Shown: in pieces, positions 41,494-50,886 of the stretch
Layout: each line of letters starts with the position of its first letter
Position numbering within the stretch: position 1 is the first letter of the stretch
Assembly: GCA_964427405.1 (NCBI GenBank)
Contig: CAYRUB010000002.1
Location: forward strand, 68,741 to 132,740
Direction: 5' to 3'
Length of the DNA stretch: 64,000 bases
Source: an uncultured Planctomycetales bacterium
Lineage (GTDB): Bacteria > Omnitrophota > Gorgyraeia > Gygaellales > Profunditerraquicolaceae
The notes under the pieces: model-generated
What the model was told of the DNA's origin: nothing
Seen by the model: only the letters and a program-made list of their open reading frames with translations
Databases searched by the model: none
Position numbers and translations under genes: made by a program

Positions 41494-42785
41494 TGGAAAA
41501 GCAAAAGACAATTGCCGGCCAGGTTTCGCTTTCCGGCATTGGCATACATACAGGGAATAAAGTAAATATAACTCTTAAGCCCGCTCAGGCGTCTTCGGGG
41601 GTGACCTTTATCCGTACAGATATTCCCGGAGCTCCGAGGATACAGGCTAACGTACAGTCATTTCTTGCGGCTAAATTCAGCCGCCGCAGTTCAATTGGCA
41701 ATAATGAAGTAGAGGTGCAGACGATAGAGCATCTTATGGCTGCCCTCTCCAGTTTAGGGATAGACAATATCGATGTAGGGATAGATAGTAATGAACTTCC
41801 GGGCATGGATGGAAGTGCAATTAAATTTGTGGAAGCACTTGAGAAGGTAGGGGTAGTTGAACAGGAGCAGGAAAAATATATCCATGTAATTAAAGAGCCT
41901 ATATGTATTGAAGATGGAGCGTCTTCAATTACGGTTGTGCCGTCAAAAGAGTTTAAGATTTCATATACTTTAAATTATGACCATCCTTTGCTAGAGGCGC
42001 AATTCTTAGAGATATGCGTTAATGCGGAATCTTTTAAAGCTGAGATTGCCCCGGCGCGAACTTTTTGTCTTGAGAGCGAAGCCTCTGAATTGCAAAATCA
42101 GGGTTTAGGTTTAGGCGCTAATTATGAGAATACCCTGGTTGTAGGTAAAACAGGGGTAATTAAGAATAGCTTGAGATTTAAGGATGAGTTTGTCAGGCAT
42201 AAGATACTTGATTTAATCGGTGATCTTTGCCTGGCCGCCTGTCCTATCCGGGGCCACGTGATCGCATTAAAAAGCGGGCATTCTTTAAATTTAAAGATTG
42301 CCCAGAAGATCTATGAACAGAAGACAAAAGCACAAGGAGCCAATACTATGGAAGGGGTTTTAGACGTTAATGAAATTATGAAGATTATTCCGCATCGGGA
42401 GCCGTTTTTATTTGTTGATCGGGTGACCATCCTGGAAAAAGGCAAACGCGCGGTCGGCGTTAAGAATGTAACTATAAACGATTATTTTTTTAGAGGTCAT
42501 TTCCCGGGCCGTCCGGTTATGCCTGGGGTAATCATCGTTGAGGCCATGGCGCAGGTAGGCGGGGTAATGATGCTTGCTTCCGAAGAGAACAGGGGAAAGC
42601 TGGCCTTCTTTTTATCCATTAATAATGTAAAATTCCGTAAGCCGGTAGTTCCGGGAGATCAGTTAGTGCTTGAGGTTGAGGCAATAAAGGTAAAGTCAAA
42701 AACCGGCCAAGTCCGCGGCAGGGCATTAGTAGACGGCAAAGTAGTGGCGGAAGCCGACTTTGTATGTGCCTTGGTGAGTAATTAA
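41493..42785 (+). CDS. lpxC-fabZ: Bifunctional UDP-3-O-acyl-GlcNAc deacetylase / 3-hydroxyacyl-ACP dehydratase (LpxC-FabZ fusion)
   Basis: N-terminal LpxC (TIAGQVSLSGIGIHTG, HRILDLIGDL-like) and C-terminal FabZ hotdog (IPHREPFLFVDRV, GHFPGRPVMPGV). Confidence 0.85.
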   Translation: MEKQKTIAGQVSLSGIGIHTGNKVNITLKPAQASSGVTFIRTDIPGAPRIQANVQSFLAAKFSRRSSIGNNEVEVQTIEHLMAALSSLGIDNIDVGIDSNELPGMDGSAIKFVEALEKVGVVEQEQEKYIHVIKEPICIEDGASSITVVPSKEFKISYTLNYDHPLLEAQFLEICVNAESFKAEIAPARTFCLESEASELQNQGLGLGANYENTLVVGKTGVIKNSLRFKDEFVRHKILDLIGDLCLAACPIRGHVIALKSGHSLNLKIAQKIYEQKTKAQGANTMEGVLDVNEIMKIIPHREPFLFVDRVTILEKGKRAVGVKNVTINDYFFRGHFPGRPVMPGVIIVEAMAQVGGVMMLASEENRGKLAFFLSINNVKFRKPVVPGDQLVLEVEAIKVKSKTGQVRGRALVDGKVVAEADFVCALVSN

Positions 42786-42786
42786 T

Positions 42787-43566
42787 ATGCAAATACATCC
42801 CAGTGCGATAGTTTCCCCAAAAGCAAAACTTGAAGCGGGCGTAATTGTCGGTCCGTATAGCATAATTGGCGATAATATAAGCATTGGCGCCGATACGGTA
42901 ATTGGCGCTCATTGTGTAATTGAAGGCAATACTGCTATTGGCAAAGGCTGTGAAATATTTACCGGAGCGGTAATCGGCAGCCGGCCGCAGGACCTTAAAT
43001 TTAAAGGCGAAGATGTTTTTCTGGAGATAGGCAGTAATAATATTATTCGCGAGTATTGCACCCTTAATCCAGGTACCGGTGAAGGCGGCAAGACGATTGT
43101 CGGGGATAACAATTTGTTAATGGCCTATTCGCATATTGCCCATGATTGCCGGGTTGGAAGCGGTTGTATACTGGCCAATAACAGTACTTTGGCTGGCCAT
43201 GTTAGCATTGAAGACAGGGCAGTTGTCGGAGGAATAGTTGCTATCCATCAGTTTGTCAGAGTTGGCATGCTTTCTATTATCGGAGGCTGCTCCAAGGTAG
43301 TTCAAGATATTCCCCCGTTTTCTACATGCGACGGGCATCCTGCCCGGGTCTATGGTTTAAACCTTATCGGCCTGAGGCGCAAAGGTGTTTCCCGCGAATC
43401 CATCAAGCAAATTGACCGGGCGTTTAAATTAATATTTAATTCCGGATTGTCCCCAAAACACGCTATTCTAAGAGTGGAAAAGGAATTAGTTAAGACTGAA
43501 GAGATAGCTTATCTGGTTAATTTTATCAAAAGTTCAGAGCGCGGCCTGACCCGTTCCTGCCGCTAA
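42787..43566 (+). CDS. lpxA: Acyl-ACP:UDP-GlcNAc O-acyltransferase
   Basis: MQIHPSAIVSPKAKLE, hexapeptide-repeat beta-helix, and a C-terminal alpha-helical domain. Confidence 0.85.
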   Translation: MQIHPSAIVSPKAKLEAGVIVGPYSIIGDNISIGADTVIGAHCVIEGNTAIGKGCEIFTGAVIGSRPQDLKFKGEDVFLEIGSNNIIREYCTLNPGTGEGGKTIVGDNNLLMAYSHIAHDCRVGSGCILANNSTLAGHVSIEDRAVVGGIVAIHQFVRVGMLSIIGGCSKVVQDIPPFSTCDGHPARVYGLNLIGLRRKGVSRESIKQIDRAFKLIFNSGLSPKHAILRVEKELVKTEEIAYLVNFIKSSERGLTRSCR

Positions 43567-43574
43567 AAATACAT

Positions 43575-44378
43575 ATGGAAAAGATTGGTTTGATTGCCGG
43601 GAACAGAAAATTCCCTCTGCTTTTTGCCGCAAGCGCTAAGAAAAAAGGGTATACCGTTATTGCTATTGCCATTAAAGGCGATACCTCACTTAAGCTAAAG
43701 AAATTAGTTGATAAAATCTACTGGTTAAGTCTTGCTGAATTCCATAAAATATTCACTATATTTAAATCTGAAGGGGTTAAGGATGTGGTTATGGCCGGGC
43801 AAGTCAGCCCGGTTAGGTTGTTCAGCAAGGAAATTAATAAAAGTGAAGAGTTGCGGCAGATATTAGCCAGCCTGAAAGATAAAAAAACGGATACTTTGTT
43901 TGGAGCCGTAGCGCAAAGATTAGAGGCAAATGGGTTGAGCCTTTTGGATTCCACTACTTTTATTGAAGATTATCTGCCTAAAAAGGGCACACTTACGAAC
44001 CTCGAGCCTGATTTTGATACATGGGAAAATATTTACTTTGGTTTAAACCTGGCTAAGGCTGTGGCTGATTTGGATATCGGCCAGACGGTGGCGGTGAAAA
44101 GTAAAGCCATAGTCGCAGTTGAGGCTTTCGAAGGAACGGATAATTTAATTCGCCGGGCAGGTAAAATCGGCCATGGTAGGATTGTGATTGTTAAAGTAAG
44201 CAAACCAAAGCAGGATATGCGTTTTGATATTCCTGTTATTGGGCTAAATACCGTAAAGAATCTGGTTAAGGTAAAGGCCAGATGCCTTGCTTTTGAGGCA
44301 GGTAAAACACTTTTTATTGATAAAGAAGCAAGCCTTAAGCTTGCCGATAAAAAAGGTATCTCGATAGTTGCGGTATAG
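43575..44378 (+). CDS. lpxI: UDP-2,3-diacylglucosamine hydrolase LpxI (DUF1009)
   Basis: MEKIGLIAGNRKFPLL N-terminus and two-domain LpxI architecture. Sits directly after lpxA where lpxI typically lies. Confidence 0.6.
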   Translation: MEKIGLIAGNRKFPLLFAASAKKKGYTVIAIAIKGDTSLKLKKLVDKIYWLSLAEFHKIFTIFKSEGVKDVVMAGQVSPVRLFSKEINKSEELRQILASLKDKKTDTLFGAVAQRLEANGLSLLDSTTFIEDYLPKKGTLTNLEPDFDTWENIYFGLNLAKAVADLDIGQTVAVKSKAIVAVEAFEGTDNLIRRAGKIGHGRIVIVKVSKPKQDMRFDIPVIGLNTVKNLVKVKARCLAFEAGKTLFIDKEASLKLADKKGISIVAV

Positions 44379-44556
44379 ATAATGTAAGATTATCCTTGCT
44401 CACTTTGTTCGCAAGGACTTCGCTGGATTAAACCTTAAGGTGCTCGATTCACGCATTGACTTACTCGCACTGCCGTGCTCGTAAGTCAAGCGTTCATAAA
44501 CTTCTTGACATCGGCTGGTTGTAGTGTGAAAATAAGTGTAAACAAAGGAGGTAGTT

Positions 44557-44832
44557 ATGCCACGTTTAGCCGGAACAAAATTAACAGAATTTAAGTTATA
44601 TGCCCCTGGAGCCAAAAAGGTTGTGCTTGCCGGAAGTTTTAATAAATGGGATACCAGCAAACTACTCGCTAAGAAGGATAGTAAGGGTAATTGGTTGGTA
44701 AAGGCCGGGCTTAAGCCGGGAAGGCACGAATATAAGTTTATCGTCGATGGATCGTGGGTAAATGACCCCCGCTGTACCTCTTGTGTGGCTAATTCACTCG
44801 GAACGCATAATTGTGTTGTTGAAGTAAAATAA
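44557..44832 (+). CDS. Stand-alone CBM48/AMPK-beta-type glycogen-binding domain protein
   Basis: The GTKLTEFKLYAPGAKKVVLAGSFNKWD...GRHEYKFIVDGSWVNDP pattern matches CBM48 (isoamylase N-terminal/E-set). Confidence 0.6.
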   Translation: MPRLAGTKLTEFKLYAPGAKKVVLAGSFNKWDTSKLLAKKDSKGNWLVKAGLKPGRHEYKFIVDGSWVNDPRCTSCVANSLGTHNCVVEVK

Positions 44833-44930
44833 TTGAACTTTTTAAGGGTTATTAAGTGAACTTTAGGGCGCTGCTTAATGAGTAGCGCCCTATTCCTTGT
44901 TCGCCAGATAAGAACCATAGGGCACTCATT

Positions 44931-45650
44931 ATGAAATATATATATGGACCGATAAAATCGCGCAGATTGGGACTTTCCTTAGGCCTAAGCCTTAGCTTAC
45001 ATAAAACATGTAATTTGGATTGTATTTATTGCCAATGGGGCTCGACCCCAGTGACTGTTTCTGAGAGAAAGGAATATGCCAGGGTTGATGAAATTATCTT
45101 CGAGTTAAAATCCTGGCTGCAAAATAATCCTCGGGAAGCTAAGCAGCTGCGTTTTGTGACTCTTTCCGGGCTGGGAGAGCCGACATTAAATACATGTATC
45201 GGTGAACTGATCGGCCAGGTAAGAAAGATTACCGGCGCTAACATAGCTGTAATTACTAACTCTACTCTTTTAGGTGACCCCTTAGTGCGTAAGTCCATCT
45301 TAGGGGTAGATTTGATTGTTCCTTCTTTGGATACGGTAGATCCGGAAATATTCAAACAGATTGATCGTCCTTGCGCCGGTATAAAATTAGATGAGATTAT
45401 AAATGGCTTAGTTGCCTTAAGAAAAGAATTCCCGGGTAAGATCTGGCTTGAGGTAATGCTTGTTTCTGGTGTAAATGATGATATCCGGCATATTAAGGAA
45501 TTACACAAGTCTATCCAGCGCATAAACCCGGATAAAATTCAGCTTAACTCTCCGGTGCGCTCAACCGCAGAAAAGAATGTTTTTTCCGTTGAGAAAGCTA
45601 AACTAGAGAAGATCCGCGAGATGTTAGGTAGCAAAGCGGAGATTATTTAA
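44931..45650 (+). CDS. Small radical SAM protein (COG0731-like)
   Basis: YGPIKSRRLGLSLGLSL followed by CNLDCIYC (CxxxCxxC). Confidence 0.65.
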   Translation: MKYIYGPIKSRRLGLSLGLSLSLHKTCNLDCIYCQWGSTPVTVSERKEYARVDEIIFELKSWLQNNPREAKQLRFVTLSGLGEPTLNTCIGELIGQVRKITGANIAVITNSTLLGDPLVRKSILGVDLIVPSLDTVDPEIFKQIDRPCAGIKLDEIINGLVALRKEFPGKIWLEVMLVSGVNDDIRHIKELHKSIQRINPDKIQLNSPVRSTAEKNVFSVEKAKLEKIREMLGSKAEII

Positions 45651-45656
45651 GTTTTT

Positions 45657-45730
45657 GCGCCTGTAGCTCAACTGGATAGAGCGCTAGCCTTCGGAGCTAG
45701 GCGTTGCAGGTTCGACTCCTGCCAGGCGCA
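45657..45730 (+). tRNA. tRNA-Arg (TCG)
   Basis: Acceptor GCGCCTG/CAGGCGC, anticodon stem CTAGC/GCTAG with loop CTTCGGA (TCG), T-arm GCAGG-TTCGACT-CCTGC. Confidence 0.85.
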
Positions 45731-45742
45731 TTAAATCCACAT

Positions 45743-46198
45743 ATGTCCAACTTTAACAAAATAACCTACGCTTCAATTATTTCCCTCCTAGTATTTATAG
45801 GCATAATCCGGCTGCAGCTTTTCGCCTCCGAGGCCGGAGAAAAGAAATTGATTTATTTTAAGAGTAATTCTTTTCTTGTGGAGATAGCAGAAACTAAGCA
45901 ACAGCAGGAAAAAGGGTTGATGTTTGTAAGAAGCCTGCCTTATAATTCAGGGATGCTTTTTATTTATAAGGATGAGGCGCCCAGGTCTTTTTATATGAAG
46001 AATACATACATACCCTTAGATATAATCTGGATGAACAAGGAAAAGAAAATTGTTTTTATAAAGAAAAACGCTGAACCTGAAAACCTGGATGCTTACGAGA
46101 CAATCTCTCCTCGTGAAGAGGCCATGTATGTGTTAGAATTAAGCTCTGGTAGTTCAGAGAGGATTGGGTTAAGAATAGGTGACAGGTTGCAGTTCTAG
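45743..46198 (+). CDS. DUF192 domain protein
   Basis: NTYIPLDIIWMNKEKKIV core typical of DUF192 (COG1430). N-terminal TM segment. The ATG is 13 nt after tRNA-Arg. The track ORF start at 45704 lies inside the tRNA and is rejected. Confidence 0.6.
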   Translation: MSNFNKITYASIISLLVFIGIIRLQLFASEAGEKKLIYFKSNSFLVEIAETKQQQEKGLMFVRSLPYNSGMLFIYKDEAPRSFYMKNTYIPLDIIWMNKEKKIVFIKKNAEPENLDAYETISPREEAMYVLELSSGSSERIGLRIGDRLQF

Positions 46199-46242
46199 CA
46201 TTTTAAAGTGAAAGTGGTATAATTAATAAAAGGAGGGAAGAG

Positions 46243-46581
46243 ATGAGAAAAATCATTATTTTTTTGTGCTTAGTGTTAGCCGGCTGCGCCACGGTTCCGT
46301 GTGAAAATAAGGTTCCGTCTCAAGCTGTCAAAATGGAATCTACCGTTACTCTCAATCAAAATGAACTGGATAGCATTATCAATATATTTAGCGAGGCTAT
46401 CAAAAATAACCCTGCTTATGCAGGCGCATATTATAATAGGGCGGTTGCCTATTATTATAAAAAAGACTATGACAAAAGCTGGCAGGACATACATAAGGCG
46501 CAGGATTTGGGGTTTAAAAATGATCCCATGTTTATAGGGCTAGTCAATAAATTAAAGATGGCTTCCGGCAGGGAGAAATAA
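46243..46581 (+). CDS. Small TPR-like lipoprotein
   Basis: Lipobox VLAGC. The YYNRAVAYYYKKDYDKS pattern is TPR-like. Confidence 0.5.
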   Translation: MRKIIIFLCLVLAGCATVPCENKVPSQAVKMESTVTLNQNELDSIINIFSEAIKNNPAYAGAYYNRAVAYYYKKDYDKSWQDIHKAQDLGFKNDPMFIGLVNKLKMASGREK

Positions 46582-46635
46582 TCTTATTATTAAAAAGCAG
46601 GTAAAAGCCCTCGTTAAAGCCTGGGAGGAAAAGGC

Positions 46636-47019
46636 GTGGTGAAGTTTCTTAAATTGTGGTTTCCTGTTGCTGCCTGGGCTGTTTTTATCTTCTACCTTTC
46701 AGGTATCCCTGATTTAAAGACTGGCCTTGAGTTTGATTTTATTCTAAGAAAAATATCCCACCTTGTTGAATATCTGATCCTTGTTTGGCTTCTATATCGA
46801 GCATTTGCAGGATCATTCGATAATATTAATATTCCGCGTCTTTTTATTTATCCGGCTGCCATATCTTTTCTCTATGCCATATCCGATGAGTTGCATCAAT
46901 CGTTTGTCCCGGGCAGAAACTGTTCCACTCAGGACCTCCTAATTGATGCTCTGGGCATACTTATTTTCTATATTATTAATATTTTTGTATCCCGCAAGAA
47001 AAGGAGAATTATAATTTAA
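46636..47019 (+). CDS. VanZ-like family membrane protein
   Basis: ISDELHQSFVPGRNCSTQDLLIDALGILIFY is VanZ-like. GTG start. Confidence 0.6.
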   Translation: MVKFLKLWFPVAAWAVFIFYLSGIPDLKTGLEFDFILRKISHLVEYLILVWLLYRAFAGSFDNINIPRLFIYPAAISFLYAISDELHQSFVPGRNCSTQDLLIDALGILIFYIINIFVSRKKRRIII

Positions 47020-47023
47020 GCAA

Positions 47024-47218
47024 ATGCCTGGTTATCTCTGTCCTCATTGCAAGCAACCCGTTTATGATGATGAAGCCATATTATGCCTTTATTGTGGAGA
47101 AAACCTTGGCCGCAGCGTAGGTTTTATGGGAAAATTAAGGTACCCTAAACATGCAATAATAACTATAGTTTTGATAATCGGAGTGCTGCTCAGTTTTATA
47201 ATATTGATAATTCAATAG
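47024..47218 (+). CDS. Zinc-ribbon (CPHC...CLYC) single-TM membrane protein
   Basis: N-terminal CxxC-x13-CxxC followed by one C-terminal hydrophobic helix. Confidence 0.45.
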   Translation: MPGYLCPHCKQPVYDDEAILCLYCGENLGRSVGFMGKLRYPKHAIITIVLIIGVLLSFIILIIQ

Positions 47219-47355
47219 TCGGTATTACCGCCCAGCTTATAGAAGCTCCCGAGAAGCTATAAGGTAACCAAAAACTAGTTGATTTTAGGTTGTAATGGCG
47301 GGATAATGAAATAGCCTTATAATTGGTTGGCGACTAAACGCCAAAGGAGAGAGCG

Positions 47356-47847
47356 ATGAAGAAAAAAATAATATTATTATTAAGTGCAGTTATTATGGGT
47401 TTAATCATAGGGTCTTTCTTGGTAAAAGGGAAGGCAAAGGGGGATGGACCGTTTAAGTCATATTACCCGGATGGACAGCTGCGGGAAGTAGGAGCGATTA
47501 AGAGTGGTAAGCTTAATGGGGCATTTAAGTCGTATTATCCAGGTGGCCATCTGAAATTGAAATGGACCTATAGGGATGGCAAGAAAGAGGGCATAGCTAA
47601 ATTTTATTTTGAGAGTGGTAAACTACAAGCGGTAGTAACTTATAAAGGTGATGTGTCAGAAGGAACATCCAAATTTTATTTTGAAAATGGAAAACTGCAG
47701 GCAGAAATGAATTACAAGGATGGTAAGTTGGATGGGGTATCTAAAACATATCGTTCCTCCGGGGAAATCATATATATTGATAATTATGAGAATGGTGAAA
47801 TGAAAATTCGCAAGCCCTTTAACGAGACAGGCAAGCTGGGTGGTTAA
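47356..47847 (+). CDS. MORN-repeat (YwqK-like) protein with N-terminal TM/signal segment
   Basis: About 6 tandem ~23-aa repeats (SYYPDGQL..G....GK..G..K, FYFE(S/N)GKLQ...). Confidence 0.65.
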   Translation: MKKKIILLLSAVIMGLIIGSFLVKGKAKGDGPFKSYYPDGQLREVGAIKSGKLNGAFKSYYPGGHLKLKWTYRDGKKEGIAKFYFESGKLQAVVTYKGDVSEGTSKFYFENGKLQAEMNYKDGKLDGVSKTYRSSGEIIYIDNYENGEMKIRKPFNETGKLGG

Positions 47848-47920
47848 GGAAAATTATTGCAGCATAAAGTCTTTCTATGGATAATCTCTTCATGACTCCA
47901 TTCTTTTGCGAACAATTTTC

Positions 47921-47949
47921 TTGATTTAATTTTTTGTCTAAGTTATACT
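47921..47949 (+). promoter_or_regulatory. Sigma70-like promoter for tRNA-Lys (TTGATT, 17 nt spacer, TATACT)
   Basis: Hexamers read directly from the sequence, about 25 nt upstream of the tRNA start. Confidence 0.4.
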
Positions 47950-47974
47950 CTTTACTACAATAACAAGCAATCAC

Positions 47975-48047
47975 GGGCCATTAGCTCAGCTGGTAGAGCA
48001 GGACACTCTTAATGTCAAGGTCGTAGGTTCGACTCCTACATGGCTCA
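47975..48047 (+). tRNA. tRNA-Lys (CTT)
   Basis: GGGCCATTAGCTCAGCTGGTAGAGCAG...CTCTTAA...GGTTCGACTCC...ATGGCTCA, collinear with E. coli tRNA-Lys. Anticodon loop CTCTTAA. Confidence 0.85.
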
Positions 48048-48117
48048 ATTAAATTACAGGGGTATCCCGGATAAACCCTCCTTGTCTTACGCTTATTAAT
48101 TCCTCTGCCTGCATACA

Positions 48118-50079
48118 ATGAACAAAACAATGAAACTAAAACAATCTAAAAATATGGGATTTAAGGAATTGAAGGATAAGTACCAGTTACTCAGAGATCT
48201 GATGGATTTTATCCCGGATGTCATCTACTTTAAAGATAAGAAAGGCAGGTTTATTATGGTCAACCAGGCTCATGCTAGGGGCCTGGGGGTAAAACCTGAA
48301 GCGTTGGTAGGGAAAACAGATTTTGATCTTTTTTCAAAAAACCGGGCGAGGAAAATGGTCCAGGATGATGCACGCGTTATGGATACCTGCACACCAATCA
48401 TTGATAAGGTGGAAAGAGCGACTCGGCCGGACGGCGTAGATAACTATGTTTCTACAACTAAGATTCCGCGTTATGACGATAAAGGAAAGGTTATCGGTTT
48501 AATCGGCATTACCAGGGATATTACCCGGCGTATGCAGTTTGAGCGGCTGAGAAAGGATAAATTAAGTATTGAAAAGAAACTGGAGGCGTTGGAGGAGCTC
48601 AGTGTGATGAAGTCTGAGTTTATCTCTACTGTTTCTCATGAATTACGCACTCCTTTGGCAGTAATTAAGCAGTTGGTTACCGTAGTTTTTAATGAAGTTG
48701 TCGGTCAGATAAACCATAAGCAAAGGGAAGTACTTCAGAAAACACTGGATAACTCTGAACGCTTAAAGAAGATTATTGATGATTTACTGGATGTCTCGCG
48801 GATCGAAAGAAATACCCTCAAACTTCACTATTCCCTGGTAGATATAGTTGATCTCATGAAAGACTCGGAAGGCTTTTTCATGAAATTGGCCGAAGAAAAG
48901 AATATCTGCCTGAAATACGCTTATCCTAATGAACCGGTCAATGTCTTTATTGATGCTGACAGGATAAGGCAGGTTATTTCTAATCTTATCAGTAATGCTA
49001 TCAAATTTACCATGGATGGCGGTAAGATCAAGGTAGAGGTAAAAATTTTGGAAGCAAAAGTCAGGATAGGGGTTGTAGACACCGGTGTCGGTATTTCTAA
49101 AGCAGACCTGCCTTCAATATTTAACAAATTCACTCAAGTTTCTAAACTTCCGGGAGCAGAAACTAAAGGCGTAGGATTGGGGCTTTCTATATCTAAGAAG
49201 CTGGTTGAAAGGCACAAAGGGGAGATTTGGGCTGAATCTAAAGCTGGAGTGGGAAGCAGGTTTTATTTTACCTTACGCCGTTTTTATACTCTTGATATGC
49301 TGGGTAAGAGCGTAAGGAATAAAGTGGGCAGGCTAATGAAAAGCGGAGTATCCATGCACTTTGTTAGCTTGTTGATCTTAAATTGCAGCGAATTCAGAAA
49401 AAGGATGAAAATCGGTTCGCAATCATTATTTAAAGATTTACATACTATTCTTGATTTGGTGCTTAAGAACGCTAAATATGGAAATGCAGATAAACAAGTA
49501 ATGTCTGTAATAAACCCCAAGGCAGGCAAATTCAGCATAATTCTTCCCGGGGCCTCCAACAGGCAGGCAGCCAATATTTCCAGCTTGCTTAAATATAAGA
49601 TTAAGCAGTACTTTGCCAACAATAAAGTCGAAGATGTTTTTATAACTATAGGTTCGCTGTCTTATTCGCAGAAGGTTTTCTCGCAAAATGACGGGCTTTC
49701 TCCTTCGCGGTTTTCTATTAAAGAAATATATATAGGTTCAGAGATGCGGCGTTTTAAAAGGATGTCTTTTAAAACAAATATTAAGCTTTTCTTGCCCGCG
49801 GAAAAAATTGAGTTATCTGAATCCGTAGATGTATCTGAGGGGGGAATTTGCTTGGTAATTAAGCATCTGTTAAAGACAGATTCACAATTAAAGATAAGCT
49901 TTGCTTTCCCGGAAAACAAAGAATTCATTATTGTGGCAAAAGTGCGCCTGGCCTGGATAAGAAAGATTGAACTTCCCCTTGGAGAGATGTCCGATAAATA
50001 TAAAGTGGGGCTGGAGTTTGTAAATTTAGAGAAGAGGTACAAAAGAGTTATTTGCAGAAGATTGATGAATAAATCTTAA
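48118..50079 (+). CDS. Cytoplasmic sensor histidine kinase: PAS, HisKA, HATPase_c, degenerate GGDEF-like domain, C-terminal PilZ domain
   Basis: HisKA SHELRTPLAVIKQ. HATPase GVGISKADLPSIFNKF...GVGLGLSISKKLVERHKGEIWAE. The segment LLILNCSEFRK...DLHTILDLVL...ADKQVMSVINPKAGKFSIILPG aligns to a GGDEF fold with the GG(D/E)EF replaced by KAGKF. Terminal PilZ motifs RRFKRMSF (RxxxR) and DVSEGGICL (DxSxGG). No TM helix. Confidence 0.8.
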   Translation: MNKTMKLKQSKNMGFKELKDKYQLLRDLMDFIPDVIYFKDKKGRFIMVNQAHARGLGVKPEALVGKTDFDLFSKNRARKMVQDDARVMDTCTPIIDKVERATRPDGVDNYVSTTKIPRYDDKGKVIGLIGITRDITRRMQFERLRKDKLSIEKKLEALEELSVMKSEFISTVSHELRTPLAVIKQLVTVVFNEVVGQINHKQREVLQKTLDNSERLKKIIDDLLDVSRIERNTLKLHYSLVDIVDLMKDSEGFFMKLAEEKNICLKYAYPNEPVNVFIDADRIRQVISNLISNAIKFTMDGGKIKVEVKILEAKVRIGVVDTGVGISKADLPSIFNKFTQVSKLPGAETKGVGLGLSISKKLVERHKGEIWAESKAGVGSRFYFTLRRFYTLDMLGKSVRNKVGRLMKSGVSMHFVSLLILNCSEFRKRMKIGSQSLFKDLHTILDLVLKNAKYGNADKQVMSVINPKAGKFSIILPGASNRQAANISSLLKYKIKQYFANNKVEDVFITIGSLSYSQKVFSQNDGLSPSRFSIKEIYIGSEMRRFKRMSFKTNIKLFLPAEKIELSESVDVSEGGICLVIKHLLKTDSQLKISFAFPENKEFIIVAKVRLAWIRKIELPLGEMSDKYKVGLEFVNLEKRYKRVICRRLMNKS

Positions 50080-50092
50080 GGAGCTAAAAACT

Positions 50093-50464
50093 ATGCCAAA
50101 GAAACGAATATTACTTATAGAAGATGAAGTTGATATGGTGTATGCGCTGACTCTTCATCTGGAGGCAATGAATTGTGAAGTTTTAAGTGCTGGCGACGGG
50201 CAAACAGGCTTGGATATGGCGCGTAAAGAAAAGCCGGATTTGATTATACTGGATTTGATGCTTCCCAAAATGGACGGTTATAAGGTTTGCAGAATATTAA
50301 AATTTGATGAAAGATACAAGAAGATACCCATTATTATGTTTACTGCCCGCGCCCAGGATCAGGATAAAAAACTGGGCCAGGAGGTAGGTGCGGATGCTTA
50401 TATCACCAAACCTTTTGATTCCAGGGTGCTTTTGGATAAGATAAGCGCGTTGCTTAAGAAATAA
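50093..50464 (+). CDS. Single-domain response regulator (CheY-like receiver)
   Basis: ILLIEDE...DLIILDLMLPKMDGY (phospho-Asp) ...ITKPF. 123 aa with no output domain. Confidence 0.8.
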   Translation: MPKKRILLIEDEVDMVYALTLHLEAMNCEVLSAGDGQTGLDMARKEKPDLIILDLMLPKMDGYKVCRILKFDERYKKIPIIMFTARAQDQDKKLGQEVGADAYITKPFDSRVLLDKISALLKK

Positions 50465-50883
50465 TGAGTGTTTCTTTCCAGCTTATAGAACATACCGCTG
50501 ATATCGGCATCAGGGTCAAATCACTTTCCTTAGGCGGTTTATTCAAGAAAGCAGGCCTTGCTATAGCCGATCTTTCATTAGAGAGACAAAAAACCCGATA
50601 CCCTGAAAAACACAAGATTGCAATCAAGCAAAAAGCAACTAATCTGGAGGAGCTTTTTGTCAATTGGATAAATGAGCTATTGTCAGTATCCGCAGTAGAA
50701 TCCCTCGCTTTTGAAAATATTCAAATAAATCAGATCAATAAGAATTTTGTGGATGCAGTTGCCGTAGGAAGCGATATAAGAAATTATAAGATCAACACTG
50801 AAATCAAGGCCGCTACCTACCATCAGCTAAAGGTTAAAAAAACCGGGCTCATCTGGCAGGCAGAAGTAATTTTTGATGTGTGA
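50464..50883 (+). CDS. Archease (RtcB activator)
   Basis: FQLIEHTADIGIRVKS is the archease N-terminal signature. 139 aa. Directly precedes rtcB. Confidence 0.8.
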   Translation: MSVSFQLIEHTADIGIRVKSLSLGGLFKKAGLAIADLSLERQKTRYPEKHKIAIKQKATNLEELFVNWINELLSVSAVESLAFENIQINQINKNFVDAVAVGSDIRNYKINTEIKAATYHQLKVKKTGLIWQAEVIFDV

Positions 50884-50886
50884 AAA

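Noticed and set aside
45704-45742. Track start of the DUF192 ORF at 45704
   Set aside because: It begins inside tRNA-Arg (45657-45730). The first plausible start is the ATG at 45743.
47219-47355. Short palindromes upstream of the MORN gene (AGCTTATAGAAGCT..., TTGGCG-ACTAAA-CGCCAA)
   Set aside because: The stems are short and imperfect and sit in ordinary promoter/RBS context. They are insufficient to call a regulatory RNA.
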